Positions 42,791 through 58,849 are shown, counted from the first letter of the stretch. The stretch is 64,000 bases of DNA from Vicugna vicugna (GCA_013265495.1 MU058423.1:9223627-9287626), one strand, 5' to 3'. The notes: generated by a model from the sequence alone, not told the origin. Program-made: numbers and translations.

Positions 42791-43099
42791 AAAATACAGC
42801 ATTGCTATCTGTATGACCTTGGAAAAGTCATTTAAAATTTCTCCGCCTCAGTGCTTTTTAGCCAAACCATTTAGAAATTTAATTGTATGTATCAGTTTAA
42901 TGCCCATCTCTTAAATAATAGTGTAAAAGGAACTTTTTATTTTCTACAGTACAAAAGCGTTAGTATGGACAGTGACACTTCTGATTAATAAGAGGTCAGA
43001 GTGCTAGCAATCTTATCTAGAACACGATACACATGTGAAAGTTGAATAAAAAGTCCTCTGTCCATGATCAGCTCTTCAGAGGGAGGAAGCGGAATGATC

Positions 43100-43476
43100 T
43101 GTGGTAGAGATAGCCACGTGCCCACCAAAATGGCGCTCCTGCATTTCCCAACCTACCTGACAGCTGGCTATGGCCAGATGACTGTGTTCTATGGCAAAAC
43201 ACTCTGAATGGAACCAACGGATGTTAAGTGCATGGGACAGGTGTGTTCTCCCCAGGCTCTTTCCCTTTCGGCCAGCTGACCGGAGAGAACTCAGAGGCCC
43301 TGTAAGATGGTATATCCTTAAGAGGAAGAAGCCTGTATCTCTGAATCTGTATGTGCAAAGCTGCCTCCTGAACACCCGTATAGGACCGGAAGCAAGAAAT
43401 AAATTTCGTTTGTGAAGAGCCACTGAAATTTAAGAGTTTATAATTCACTGCAGCTAGCACTACCCTAACAAACACA
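43100..43476 (+). mobile_element. Old MaLR LTR (MLT1I/J-like)
   Basis: tgtggtag...ctgcatttccca...aagaaataaattt...gccactgaaattt...ccctaacaaacaca. Confidence 0.7.
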
Positions 43477-43499
43477 ATATCCCCTGGGAATCATCCAGA

Positions 43500-43850
43500 T
43501 TAGGGATAGGCATACTTTTTTTGTAAAGGGCCAGACAGTAAATATTTTAGGCTTTGTTGGCCATATATGGTCTCAGTCATGCCTTATTCTTTTTTTAATG
43601 ACTGTTTAAAAATAAAAGATCTTTATTTTTAAATTTTGCACTAATTATGGAATAGCTTAAGGTGGATGGGATCTTAGTGACCCTTTTTTTTAGCTGAAGT
43701 ATATTTGATTTACAGTGTTGTGTTAGTTTCTGGTGTACAGCATAGTCATGCAGTTGTACATCTATCTTTAAAAAGGTAAAAACCATTCATAGCTCGAAGG
43801 TCATACAAAACAAGTGACAGGTCGCAGCCTGCTGACGCTTGATCTGGACA
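43500..43850. mobile_element. MER58-like hAT element with nested L1 3' stub (~43685-43770)
   Basis: tgtaaagggccagacagtaaatattttaggctttg..ggccat. Confidence 0.7.
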
Positions 43851-44590
43851 GTCATATGGAAAATTAAGAAGCAGAAATTTTGATAGTGCCTGGAAGTGAT
43901 AATTGGGAGCTCAGAAAACAATGAGAAAAATAATAATTACTTAAAAAATGAACATTTATGGAATGCTTAGCATGTGGCAAACACCGTTCTAGACATTTTA
44001 ACTGTATTAGCTCTTTTAATCCTCAAAAAAATCCTGTAAGGTTAATTACTATACCATTCTACAGAGAGCATGAAAAATAAATCAATAATAATAATAAAAA
44101 ATAATAAATAATTTGTCAGCTGGAACAAAGATTATAACCTGGCAGTCTGGCCCAAACCCAAGTTCTTAAGCACTATACTATGCTTCTGGCCATCCACTTT
44201 CTACTTCTTAACCATGGTCATTTAGGGGCAGAAGAGGCACACAGACTCCCAAATTTCTACAGCCCCATAACAAGAAAAAGGTCTTATTATATTTGGTTAG
44301 TAGGGAAGAATGCAATGCCTTTCAGATGCTCACTTAGAAATTTCCAATTTTAAAAGGACTAAAAATAAAACTTTTATCATTTGAAGACGCAAACCTCCAG
44401 TTATTTTTCTGGTGACATCAAAACAAGGTATCATATAAATATATATGTATTATGTATTTATATGGTATCTTGTATCATATAAATGTATTATATGATATAT
44501 TCATATTATATAATACAAAGGTATTATATATTTATTTGATATATATATAGTATATAATGTATCATATGCTACAAGTTTTAACTTGTAGAG

Positions 44591-44792
44591 CAGTGCTTTC
44601 AAACTTTAGTCTTAGGCTGCTGAAAATCACCTGGAGCCCTTGTGAAAATACAGATTTCTGCTTGCCAACTCTGTCCAACTCACGTCCTTTGGATTCAGGA
44701 GGCCCCTCACAGGGACTGAGAATTGGCATTTCTAACAAGTTCTCAGATGATGGTGACACTGTTGATTTGTGGAGTACTGTAGAGCACTGCTG
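44591..44792. mobile_element. MER5A-like hAT-Charlie MITE
   Basis: cagtgctttcaaactt...aatcacctggag...gcatttctaacaagttctcagatgat...gcactg. Confidence 0.8.
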
Positions 44793-45560
44793 TAGTGCCT
44801 TTCTCTTCTATCTCTGATAAATTCTCCTATTATTGTGACATAAGAAAACACCATTTTCATTGGGTCAAAAGGACCATCATAAAATTTTGAGGTTAATATT
44901 TTTACTATTCAGGTTTGTTTGGCTGAAGTTTCCACCACCACTCACTAACAGGATTATGAAAAGGGGAAAATCTACTATACAGGAGGAAGCTATTATATCC
45001 AATCTTTAGGTGTTAATTAGAATTAAAAACTAAATTAATTAAAAAAAAAGAATATATCATTTTAAGACTAGAAAACCTAAAACTGAAGGTTATGAGGTCT
45101 GAAAACTGAAAGAAGAAAACCTGGTATTATAATTCTTTCTACAGGACTCCATCAAAGAGATGGCAATACCTTCATTATAGAAGAACAAAAAATGGTAGAC
45201 TTTCAAATTTTACCTAAAAGTTCATCTGAGTTCTTATACTTAATTCAGGCACGGAAATTTTACTTTTTAGTGAGTAATGTAAGTGACACAGTTATACATT
45301 TTTTAGTTTTACTTAAAATAAAGTAGCAAATGCTGAGGATCTGTACATGAAGGACTAGAACTTAGTAACTTCAAAGATTTTCACTTGTTTGAAATTCTAC
45401 GACCCTATTAAATGAACATATAAAAAATAAAATAAAAAACACATGCAAGGAAAACATACCTCCCAACTGTTGCGAATAGATGGACAAGAAGGAAAGTTTG
45501 ATGAGCATGTGAAAAACATTCAGATATAAACTTGCATTGCAACTTTTCAGAGATCTCCTA

Positions 45561-45692
<132 letters not shown>

Positions 45693-48459
45693 TTAATCTT
45701 AATATACACAAGCCTACAAATTCCATTACTACAGATGGGCTGCTCTAAACTTGGGGGTCAAGGATGAGCTATAAAGAGTGTTCAAACCCTCTTAAATTAT
45801 CCTCAAATTGTATGGCTATACTTATGTCAACCTTTGTGTGATGAGGTTCCATAATCACATCTGACTCAAAGGAATTTGTCACCTAAAAGAGATTAAGAAC
45901 CATTGCTACAGAATGATGCTTATCTGAACTGATTTGAATGTGCAAGTCTTTAAACACAGATAAACATTCTTTTAATAAATTAAAGGTAAAGATTAAAATC
46001 AGAGGTCAAATATTTAACATTCAAAGAAACATTTAGTATAATTGTAATGATATATTTGAAAAGGGTCTACCTGTAATTTGAAGCCAACAAATTAATCTAA
46101 ATATGAGATGATTACCTTAATGATACATAATTGTTTATTAACCTATCACTCTAGAGTTACTTTATTATAAAATTTCCCATTAATTTAAAACAACTTAAAA
46201 CCATTACAGCTTGTTAGCCAGAAACAGTTTTTACAGATGAAAACAAGGATTTCAGATGCCAAATAACTTGAACATTCTAGGTAACTGCGCCCTTCGTGCT
46301 TGAAATAAAATAGGGTGAATGATGGATAAAGTCTAAAATTTTACTTTTAGATTCAGTTTGGTTTCTTATAAATCATGAAAAAAACACAATTGTAATCTGT
46401 ACTTGTATTAAAACCAATAATCAGTAGGAAAGTAAAGCAATGGAAATTAGCATTTCACTAAAAAAAAAACTGTGTTAAAGAATAAATGTAATAGTACTTT
46501 AGGAAGGGAAAACTGAGGACATAAATAAAATGTTCACAGCATCCACTCATGACTATTTTCTAAGCATTTAACACCGTTTGACATTATCTTGTTTGTTTTC
46601 TGGTTTGTTGAATGAAGTCTCTCCCCAGTAGAAAATAATAATCATGGTAACAGAAACCTCGTTCGCCGTATTTACCAAAGTGCATCACTGAAAACTGTAA
46701 CTGGTACACAGCTTTTCACTATAAAGACTTACTAAGTGAATGAAATGAAAGATTAATTATAAAAGGTAGATTGAGAGGTGAAAGAATTTGACTAAGATTA
46801 AAAAAATTAAGGCAATACTTCACAGTTTAAACTTCCGCTTACTAGGTCTTCGCCTTGGAGAGAGACATTATGACCTTCTGTTAAGAAAGATCAGAACGAA
46901 AGGTAACATCTGACACTTCTTTCTATATTGCCTCCCAAATAATGACACCAAATTTCCCTGAACACTTTATGTGTTGATATGTGCAGTTTACATGCAGTTG
47001 CTGATGGTAATTTTGATGACGATATGGAGGACAGCAGCTAGCACATACACACACAGCACTCTGAGCCGCACAGACATCCTGGTACTTTAACCTGCTTAAC
47101 ACCTTGTATAAATTGTAAGGATAGATACATTCAAAGGTGAGTTTGAGTTGGCATGCCCTAAAATATGGGTGGTTAGTCTTTGTTAAAAAATCAAAACTAT
47201 AAAATTTCTAGCACTGATGTGTGGAAATGTTTGCATTAACTTTTTGACCTCTAAGAGTGCATGACTTATATAGATCATGTCTCTTTTGAGTGATTTCTAC
47301 CTTGTCAATTATTATAAAAGCTTATAATTCTATACATTTTGTACCACTGTCACCAAAGGTAGATTTTCCTGGCCTTTGTATTTGTTTAAAAATGAACTCC
47401 CAAAAATCTATCTGCAGATCTGAGGACAGTCCTATATTCTGTTAGTATGGAGTATACAAAATTCCCTTGGGATGTGAGAAGGAAATAAAAGAACATCTAT
47501 TTATATTTATAAACTTACCTTTTTACAGGTCTATTTTTGTTTTATATTGTACCCGATATGTAAGCATACCAAGTATCATAACTTACATCAGTGTATCATT
47601 TACGATACATCGGCATATTTATTTTGAGAGTGTTTAACAATAGCAATGAATAATAAAAAATGTTGAGATCACTATTTTATGTAATAGGGTTCTAAACAAT
47701 AGGCTTTAAAATCAAATTCTGCATATTAACTTTTTTCCACAATGGTCCTGTTCAGTTTTATGACTATCTGCATGGATTTACAGGAGAAAGTACCGCCAGG
47801 AGATAAAATAGTTGAGTGAGGATCTAAAACACAATTATATATTTAAAACATTCAAAGGCGTCATATGATCGTTCTAAATAAAAAGTTAATTTCTTTTTTA
47901 GTTGTTGGGTCCCACTAAGTCTTTTTTCTTGGTCTGAGCAAATGCAAATTTAAGGGTAAACAGGAAATCACACAGATAACACTATTATTTTCATCCTGTA
48001 ATTTGGTAGTTTTCAACTTAGTTTGGAAAGTTCTTAACTTTAGTGGTTTCAAATATTAAATACTTTCCAGAAAGAGCTTGAAATTTATTAAAAAGGAAAC
48101 AAAAGCCTATTTTGTTTATATTTAGATTTGTTACTTGATTCAGGTTCTAAATCTACTTGTAGGAAATGATACCAATAGAGAAAGCATTTGACTGCAGTTA
48201 GAAACATAATAAAAATTATTTAACATTTGTTTTGTGTTTGTAACTTGCAGAGGACCTTTAGATTATCTCTTGGTAATTATTAGGTTAATTTTTAAAATTG
48301 GGGGAAAAAAGTATGTAATGGGAAAAGGGTAGCAAAACAAATTTGATTAAAAAATGCAAAATGTTAAGAGTTGGAAAAAATAAACATGCAGAAGAAAAGG
48401 ACTGACTAGCAACAATAAAAAATGCATATAAATACATGTCTGGTGCACAGCGATAATTA

Positions 48460-48816
<357 letters not shown>

Positions 48817-48859
48817 TCAAAATATTATGTGTCAAAATACAAACATTTTTATTATTCAT

Positions 48860-49030
48860 TCATTTATTTATTTAAAATATTTCATTGTGGTAAGAACACC
48901 TAACTTGAGATCTACCTCCTTTAACAGGTTTTTAACAGCACAATACAATATTGTTATTTACAGGTCTAACATTGTACAGCAGATCTCTAGAATTTGTTCA
49001 TCTTGCGTAACTGAAATTGTATACCTATTG
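48860..49030 (-). mobile_element. L1MA 3' end fragment
   Basis: tgtggtaagaacacctaacttgagatctacc...ttgtacagcagatctctagaa. Confidence 0.75.
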
Positions 49031-49722
49031 ATTCAAAAATTTTTAGCAACATTATTTTACTTGGTTTCTTCCCTTAAAAAAGTCTCTCTGTATATAGTAT
49101 AGTGTATAACAACACTAATATCAGATAAACCACATTTTCAATTTGGTTAAGATGTCAGAATTGCTTTCATTTCACCCAGATTTCTAGCTGGCTTTAAACA
49201 GCCTGTTGGAACACAAATGGTAGGGTTGAAGTTTTGTTCTTTCAGAGACTATGTGCAAATCAATTTGGTGGTTCTTCACTGGTACATTCCAACCTGCAAT
49301 TTCATTTTAGGGAAATTCACCAATAAAGGCAAATTTTATTCATAATAAAATATTTCTTCATAGCAAAATATTTCTTCTCTTGATGAAAAATTAGAAAAAG
49401 AAAAGTATATGTATCTTCTAAAAATTATATCCATTAACTTAACAAGTCAAGGAATAAACAGAAACAGAGAATATAAAACGATTAAATTTTCCCATCAACA
49501 TGTTTTTTAGCTTTATAGAATAGATTTTAATATCTAAGTTTGTTTTTGTATGTTCTGGGTTAAGGGATGCTAATAAATTCACTATCTACTTATCAACTTT
49601 TTCAGCTCTATGCACGTACGACAATTCCTTCATGTTCAGGTCTTTTAAGAGTGTGTATAAACTGACTCCGTATATGACTTCTACACAAACATGCCTATTT
49701 ACTCAAGCTTTGCTGGATATAC

Positions 49723-49856
49723 CTTGACATCTGCTTCCATGCTACATCCAGAAGAGTGGTGTATGCACCAATTAATATAGCGTCAAAGTAACATGGGATA
49801 AGGTAACGTGGGATCTGCTTCAGGTAGAAGAACATAGCCTGCAACCATTTACCAAC
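49723..49856 (-). CDS. AGL: AGL exon 23 eq., 134 bp
   Basis: [48 protein letters not shown]. Confidence 0.96.
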
Positions 49857-50117
49857 CTGTTATAAAAATAATTTTAAAAGTTAATCTGGTGTGTTTACAG
49901 GCTGGGTGTATTTTAAGAGCTAAATCCCAACATGCAACTCTACTACTTAGTAATCTAGCAACCGATTTTCACTTATTAGAACTGAAAGACTATGAAGGGA
50001 GGAAAATGTTACAGGTTAGAAAACAATTTTTTAAATCAGAACACATGCAAGTATTATACATGGTAATACAGTTTGTATTGTGCCCTTTTTTGGGGACTAG
50101 AACATAGCTTTACTTAC

Positions 50118-50254
50118 TTCAGCAATAGTTCCTGATCGTGAAATAAGCCGATTACTGACATAGTCAATCATCCAATCTCCAGATCTCAAATTATCACAGA
50201 AGGGGTGCCCCAAGTCATTCTTTGGTCTTATTTCTGCCAATACGGACATTAATC
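50118..50254 (-). CDS. AGL: AGL exon 22 eq., 137 bp
   Basis: [49 protein letters not shown]. Confidence 0.96.
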
Positions 50255-51101
50255 CTGAAAATGCAGAGAAATATCATGCAAATTTCATCACTGGCAGAGG
50301 AAATTTGTTCTCATATTCTGGGCTGCTGCTGGTCTCTAGTGATCTGGGGTGAACACATAGAGAGGCAGACATATGGCTGCACAGTCCACGCTGGCACTTT
50401 CCACAGCTGGAGATGAGTGTGGCAGCACTGGCTTAGACCACGATACAAAGGCATACTGAAGGGGCCTGCTGTCACAGGAGCCATGCAGAGCTTTACCAGG
50501 ATTCCTGTCTTCTGGGGCTGGTCTTGCTCTTTCAGATTTTAATATTGCAACATTCAAAAGAGACTGGCGTAACTTCCCTGCCCTAAGGCATCTGGGGGAA
50601 GAGAACTGTTAAGTCTGTGTCTTTTCACAGCTGAAAGGTGGTGATGAAATATTAATATTCAGGCAAGATTTAAGAAAATCACAGAATTGGTTTCAGAGAC
50701 AGCAAGAGCACCTACAGTGACAATAAGAATAAAGTCTGTTTTGGAAAGGACCTTTGAAATATAATAGGAGGTCTTCAGAACTAAATGAAGTATCAAAATG
50801 AGATACACAGGCCTATCCTCAAATAATACTCAAGTGGAAACATCAGAATTCCTGTGTGCACACAGCATGTTCTGTTATTTCAACGACAGAGCAATAGCAC
50901 TTCTTTAAGTACTCAATAAAGTAATAATTTCCACCTTAAAAAATTATACTGGTTTCACTCACTTCATTCAAATGCGTTTATTTAGTTAGAATTTAATTAA
51001 TTTTACTGTGTATATAGCATGTTTTGAGAAATTAAAAAATAAATATATAAATTTAAGAGATTGTCCTTTCCCTCAAGAAGCTTATAATCTTTGGGAAGGC
51101 T

Positions 51102-51252
51102 CAAAACATAAAAAAGGCTCAAAACATAAAAAAGGATAGAAAACAAGGCAGTATAAAATAATATTCTACAAATGTGCCAAAACATAAAAAAGCTCAAAAC
51201 ATAAAAAAGGATAGAAAACAAGACAGTATAAAATAATATTCTACAAATGTGC
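51102..51252. repeat. Tandem duplication of a 76/75-bp unit with an internal ~18-bp duplication
   Basis: Units 51102-51177 and 51178-51252 differ by one substitution and one 1-bp indel. Confidence 0.93.
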
Positions 51253-52169
51253 CAGCATTATCAAGGAAGGGAATACTGCTCAGTAAATGTTAGTTCCACT
51301 TATTGAATAATGGAGTGACATGATGGAGCAGTGTTTTGAAGACAGGTCTGATGACTAATGGGATAGCACGATTTGTGGAAGAGGTGTCAAGAGGTTGGAA
51401 AACTGCTTAGTTGGCTTTGCTGACAGAAGTTAGTCCCAGAATAGGATGGTAACTGTGGAAATAAAAAGGAGACGGTATGCCAAAAGAGAATGCAGAAAAA
51501 AATCTAGAAGTCATAATTACTGATTGAATGTTGAGGATGAAAGAGGCAGAACCAAAAATGGATTCCTGGATTCCAACATGACTGAATATGTATTGTTACA
51601 AGAAGTAGGAAAGAGGTAGAGGAGAGAAATGTCAGTGAAATGGTTAAGTGTAATTTAATCTGAGGCTGCTATTAACAGCCTGCTGGAAATATCAGGTGAC
51701 TGCTGGAAATATCAAACTGCCAGAGGGAAAAGGGACTGGCAGAGATTGAAAAATAAATCAGGTAAGGGAAATTACATTTAGAAAGAATGAGAAAGATCAT
51801 TTCATGGGAAGGTAAAGAGAATCAGTAAAGAATTAGACTTAACTTTAAGAAACATAAAGGCCAGAAAAAAAATTCACTAAAGTGTGGTTTTTTCAGTTAA
51901 GTAGAAGGAGTTTAACAGCTCAGCAAGATCTGCTTAAGACTGGTAACATACACATTTGTTTATTACTCACAGCAGAGAACATTTTGTGTTGAAAATGAGA
52001 ATATTTTAGAAAAAAAAAGTTATAAGCACAAAAAGTCTTAAACAATTTTACTGAGAGCTTCTTATATGCTTGGTTTTGTAGGAAATATGAAAGCTAAAAA
52101 CAAGAATCCCCTCAAATGCAAACATTATTCCTTCTCAAGGTACAGTCTACTTAGTGGAGTTTTCAAGCT

Positions 52170-52380
52170 AATAATCACTGAACACTTACTATGAACTAAG
52201 CATTATCTAAGTACTTTACATGTATTAACTTATTCAATCGTAACAGTAACCTGCTGTGGTGGGTACTATTTTTATCTCCATTTTACAGATGAGAAAACTG
52301 AGCCACAGAATTTACCACATAGTTATATAGTAGTCAGTGAAACCCAGGGAGTGTGGTTCTAAAGCCTATTTTTTAATCAC
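52170..52380 (-). mobile_element. MIR remnant
   Basis: ccattttacagatgagaaaactgag MIR core. Confidence 0.75.
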
Positions 52381-53030
52381 AATAATAAAGATTCATAAAA
52401 AAATTACACAAATTTCTGAAATAAGGCAATAAGTTCCATGGGCCAATAAGAGATGTAAGAACAGAACTGGCCCTTAAAGATGGTTTAGATGAACAAAGAA
52501 ATGAGGAGTTGAAAAGGAGGCTTGGCAAGTGGGAAACTAAATGAACCAGGAATACATGTGCAATAAATCAAATTTCCTAGAGAAAAATCTAAGATAATAT
52601 TACCAACCAAATGAATTAGACTGATAGTTAATATTTAGTTCCTGTATCCCACTTTGCAACTACAACTACAGAATATTTTACTAAAACTTCCTTTTGTAGG
52701 ATAAAACAAATATGCAGCAAAAAGATACTTCTAATTAGATGAAAAAGATGAATATGTTTATAACCTAGTCCCATTTGGAACCCAAATGGATAATCTCATT
52801 TAATCCTCATAAAAGTCTATAAATTAGACAATATTATTCACATTTTGTAAAGGCAGAAATCAGGGCACAGAGAATTTAAGTTACTTGCCAGAGGTCAATG
52901 ATTAGGTAGCAGAGCCATAATCTGAACCCAAGCAGACGAACTCTGAGACCATGTCTTATTTCTATAAGGAAGACACCGTAAGACCCTAAGAAAACCCCTG
53001 GAAAGCTTAGCCATTCTTATACTTGCTCAC

Positions 53031-53161
53031 CTTGAAGACCTGCGTATTTAAGGGATGACCAGTTTGGTATGTTGTAGCATCCTCCGCCATCTTCCTGTTC
53101 TTCTGATTCACATCGGTAAAGCACCTGATTTACCTCAGCCAAAGTTAATTTAGAAGCAATA
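53031..53161 (-). CDS. AGL: AGL exon 21 eq., 131 bp
   Basis: [47 protein letters not shown]. Confidence 0.96.
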
Positions 53162-54809
53162 CTAAAAATTGGAAAATAAAGAAAACTGGGTAAATATACT
53201 GAAAATTTACTTGTTCTCAAAAATGAAGAAGAAAATCTGAATCATAACCATAAAATGTTTTAGCAATGTATGTTTTAGGAACTCAGCATTACACTATACA
53301 TTATAAACAAAATACATTATAAATAATAATTAAAGGACAAACATGCTAACAATTCAATTAGGAGTAACATTTCTTTCAAACCAAGGAAATAATCAAGTGC
53401 CAAATAGTACTAATTAGAAGTACATTGGAAAAATCTTTTGGTTGCTATATTCTTTATCTTATAAATCTGTGTTTTTAATCTTTCTAGTTCTAACTTAAGG
53501 TTTTTCCCTCCTTTATATTCTCCTAGGTGCGCCATCAAACACTTTTATATTAATTATCCTAAACTCAAATTAATCATCCAAGGACCAGTAAAAGGACAAT
53601 CAAAAGTCACAGTTAACCCCTTAGAAATCAGGTAGCACTCAAATGCTGTATTTCTTTCCTTTTCCTTCTTTCCTCTCCTCAGGCTGCCTTATTCTTCAGC
53701 TTGGTTATTCAAGAAACCAGATTTTCTTAGATAAAGATGCTTCTTTATAAGGATCAGAAGGAAGAGTCTCACTATCATGGCCTTGGTTTCTCTTTGCTCA
53801 GTTAGTGAGGTTATGTAAGCGACCACACTGAATGCAACTGAAACTCTACTTCATTTGCTAACTGCTCAGGTGACTTCATTTTATACTACTGGCTACATCT
53901 CTTGAATACACTCTCTTCTCTTTTAGTTTTATCTCAACTTAGAAAACTCAGCTGTGCTTTGTTCCCTCTGTCTGTGCTAGCCTTCCTCCTCACAGCTGGA
54001 ACTGACCCTTCCTCTGCAATTTGTGAGTCAAGAGTGAGTCGTCTCTATCAGCAGTCTCAGTGCCAACTCCATTCCAGTGCAGTATTTTTCAACATACGGC
54101 CAGTGAACTCCTGGAGAGCTTACTGAAATGCAGATTTCTTGGCCTTGCCCCAGATAACCTGAGTGGTTCTGATAAGGAATGTGCATTTTATAAACGTTCC
54201 ACAGAAACACAAAACTGCTTCATCACATATTTTTTTTAGAATGTAACGTCTAAGTATGATTTAAAAGAGTTAAAATCCTTACTAATAAAAGCTCTTATAA
54301 AACAATGAAGACAAATGAACAGAATGGAAAAATGAGCTAATATGTAAAATTACATTTCATTAAATAAATACAAATGGCTGATGAACAATTAGCTTAATTA
54401 ATATTTAAGATAAATTCAGATATCATTTTAAAGTATTTTATATTTACCAATTTAACTAGTAATAGTTAACACTTACTGATCACTTATTATGTGTCAAACA
54501 CTGTTCTGAGAGTCACTATAATTACATCTCTTAGATAATTTGCCAAGGTCTTACTTCTTACAGCTAATAAGCATCTGAAATTAGATTCAAACTCAGGTAG
54601 TCTGGTCCCATTCTCTATGCTCTTAAACATTAAGTTATAATATATCCTCAGTATTGGTAAGGATATGGGATAGTGGGATCTTTTACATAGAGCTGAAAAT
54701 ATTAATTTATATTATCTTTCTGGATTTGGCAGTCTTAAAAGCCTCAGACATATAGACAGTCTGACCCAGAAATTCCATTCCTGGAAATTTATCCTAGTAC
54801 TTATGGTAT

Positions 54810-55040
54810 CAAACATATATTGAGCATTTATTTTGTGCCATGAATTGTGTTAAGTGCTTTAAATGCATTATCCAATTTAATCCTTACAAAATCTAGAGGC
54901 AGGAACTATTATAAGCCCCATCTTCCAGATGAGGAAACTGAAATGAATAAAGTCTAAATAACTTGTCCAAGATCATACTGACGGTGGTGAAGCTGGAGTT
55001 TAACCCAGCCCCAAATTTCAAAACCCATACTCTTCAGTAC
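54810..55040 (-). mobile_element. MIR remnant
   Basis: cagatgaggaaactga...taacttgtccaagatcatac. Confidence 0.75.
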
Positions 55041-55564
55041 TATATGGTACCACCCAGCAAGGGAATGGTTAGTAAGGGAATAACTAAGGATTTACGCAAA
55101 GATGACTATACCAAGACACATATAATAGGGAATAATTGGGAGCAATTTAGATATCCAAAAAATGGAGACCGATTAAATAAATTATGGTATAGTCAGATAT
55201 TAGAATAATACATTGGCATTAAAAAATGGTGTGGTAAAAAGTATGATATATACAACTGAGTCTCAAATAGTTCAGAAAAATTGTGTGTCAGTGTATGGAT
55301 AGAGACATGTACATACAGAGATGGATATGTACATGTGTGTGTATATGTATACATGTATGTATATCTATCTACCTACCTACCCACCCAGCTATCTGTCTAT
55401 CTAGAGAGCACATGAGGGAGAAAGCATGCATGTATACACGCACACAAATGACAGAGAAATGGGAGAAAATGTTAATAATAAGTGATGCCCATACTGCTGG
55501 TCCCAAGGATACAGAGGATTCTCAAAACTGCTTAAAGTGGCAGATCTCCATAAAGGTATACTTA

Positions 55565-55768
<204 letters not shown>

Positions 55769-55787
55769 CTAAATATAAGTAAAGTCA

Positions 55788-55937
<150 letters not shown>

Positions 55938-56013
55938 TTACATAAAACCGTTCAATAAATAATTCTAATGCCCTTAAAATGTGAAACGCAGTAGTAAGAT
56001 GAGTCTCAAATAC

Positions 56014-56138
56014 CTGAATATGTTCTCTAATTTCTACTGTGATATTTGGCATTCCATTGATTGAATTCTCATCCTTCCTATAAGGTTTCGTATTTCTCTC
56101 AACAGTTCTAGCTTCAAGAACTACTTCTTCAATTTTAC
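56014..56138 (-). CDS. AGL: AGL exon 18 eq., 125 bp
   Basis: [45 protein letters not shown]. Confidence 0.96.
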
Positions 56139-58286
56139 CTAGGAATATTATAAAAATTATTAACAAAATTTCACATTAAATTGTCTGAAGTAAAGAATTG
56201 GTAAAGGGGTTTTAAATCATTTACCTTAAAGTTGAACATGAAATATCAGTTAATTAAAAAAAAGTCAGAAAGTAGATACTTCTACCTGAGATGGTAATTT
56301 TCACACAATGTTTTGTTTTTTGTTTTTTAAACACAACTTAATTAACAAAGCTTTATTTGAAAAGAGATCTTATCAAGCAATAATGGCTTATCCCTGGGGA
56401 GCAATGCATAAACTACCTAATATTGGGTGGAGAGCAAGAAAATCCCTTGAAAGGCTTACATTTTAAAAAATGGAATATTTCAAAAACAGAAAAGGTAGGG
56501 AAAAATTTAAAACACCCAAATCCCACTACCTCACTTAAGAAAATATTTCAAATCCAACCGATGTCCCTGTGTACCTGATCTCCCCTCCAGAGGTAATCAC
56601 TATCTAAAGCTTGGTGTTCATTGACCCTGGGCATTTTTACTACATATGGATGTTTCCCTAAACAACATATACTATTCTCCCTATTTCCAAGCTTATTTAA
56701 GTGGATTCAAATTAGACATACACTTCTGCAACTTCCTTTCTTTTGGAAAACACTGTATTTTTTAGATTTGTTCATATTGTTTATTAGCTCTACCTCATTT
56801 TTTCAAATGCGAAATAGTATTCCACTGTATGAATATACCAAAATGCATTCATTTTGTTAACATTGCCATTGTTTTTCTCTATTATAAATAATGTTACAAT
56901 GAATATTTTTGTGCATATTTCCTAATGGAAACGCAGGAGTGTCTCTCAAATTTATACCTGGGAATAGAACAGCTGGATCAAAGCATATATAAAACTGCAA
57001 TTTTATTATTTAAATAATATGAACTTTAAGCTATTAACTTGACAATAAAAGACCCTTTGATCAGCAAATCTACTTTTGGAAATATGTACTAAGAAAATTG
57101 TTCAAAAGAAAAAAAATTATTCCTAGTGTATATTCAAATCTTAAGGAACATTGCTAAACATACCAAAAATATTAAAAATGGAATACTAACATAATAAAAT
57201 ATGAAACATTTAACATAATGAAAATCACAATTTTGTGGACTGACAAAATGGGAAATGTTTTAAGGATGAGCAATGACCAAAAAGAGAAAACCTGAGATAC
57301 TACTGCATACACTGAGTAAAGCCACAAAAAACTATATATGGACATTAGCAACAATCAGATGAGATTACTGAATATGAACTAGTGAACAGTTTAAAAAAAA
57401 ATTTAACCCTAAAGCTATTCAAGTTGATAATTTAAAAAAATTAGAATTCTGAATATTTAGCAACGAGCAATCAATTTAGAATATGATGATTTTTATGAGA
57501 ATCTTCATTCACTCATTTAAAGAACAGACTTGGACAAGTTGCTGTATGCAAAGGAGCATGTTATGCCATAATATATTATATATAATAAGTAAGGAAATTA
57601 AATACACACATCTAAAAAAAGCAATAATTAGGACATACCTCAAGGATGTATTTTATAATTAAGTGTCAGTGATACAGAGAGACTATAATTGCTATCTATT
57701 CAGAGGACAGAGAGTTCACCGGGTACTTAGAGAAAGCTTCTCAAAGGAGGTGAAACTTTAGTCCTTGAAAGATGTAAAGAATTCATAAGTAAGTGGATGT
57801 AAGACTACTTGTAGAGCAGTAAAAATATCTATTTGGCTGAAACAGTAGGGTGACACAGGGCCAGGAAAGTATATGAAGATGGGTTATAAAGAGTCTTAAA
57901 TATTAATCTATTTTCCACTTTGGTTTATACATGTGTGCACGTGCATACACATACACAAAACACTTGGACACACACATGAATATACACATATATACAAACA
58001 CATGAATATACAAATACATTTTCCTGGATATAAAAGAAATACATGTTCATTTTATACAAGTTAAGAAATAAGGGAATGTATTAAGATGAAAACAAAATTA
58101 CTTCACAACACAAAAAGTGTTACATTTGAGAGTATTTCTCTCCAGGTTTCATTCCATGTAGTAAAAATATACGTCATCAAAAATTTCTAATTCTTTTCTC
58201 AACTACACCTACACTTGCACTGTGTTATAATATATATGATATGTAACAGCAATTTAATAATATTTATTATTATTATTAACAATTTA

Positions 58287-58526
<240 letters not shown>

Positions 58527-58561
58527 TTAACTCTAAAATCGAACCTTAAGAGAGAAACTTA

Positions 58562-58825
<264 letters not shown>

Positions 58826-58849
58826 TTAAAAAACAACATGTAAACAGAC

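Noticed and set aside
43119..43140. CTCF/YY1-like ccaccaaaatggcgct
   Set aside because: Lies within an old MaLR LTR, fits CTCF imperfectly, and has no supporting context.
44430..44560. AT-rich quasi-palindromic stretch
   Set aside because: Degenerate (TA)n low-complexity sequence.
51102..51252. Repeat-spacer-like pattern suggesting CRISPR
   Set aside because: Simple tandem duplication with identical 'spacers' in a mammalian intron.
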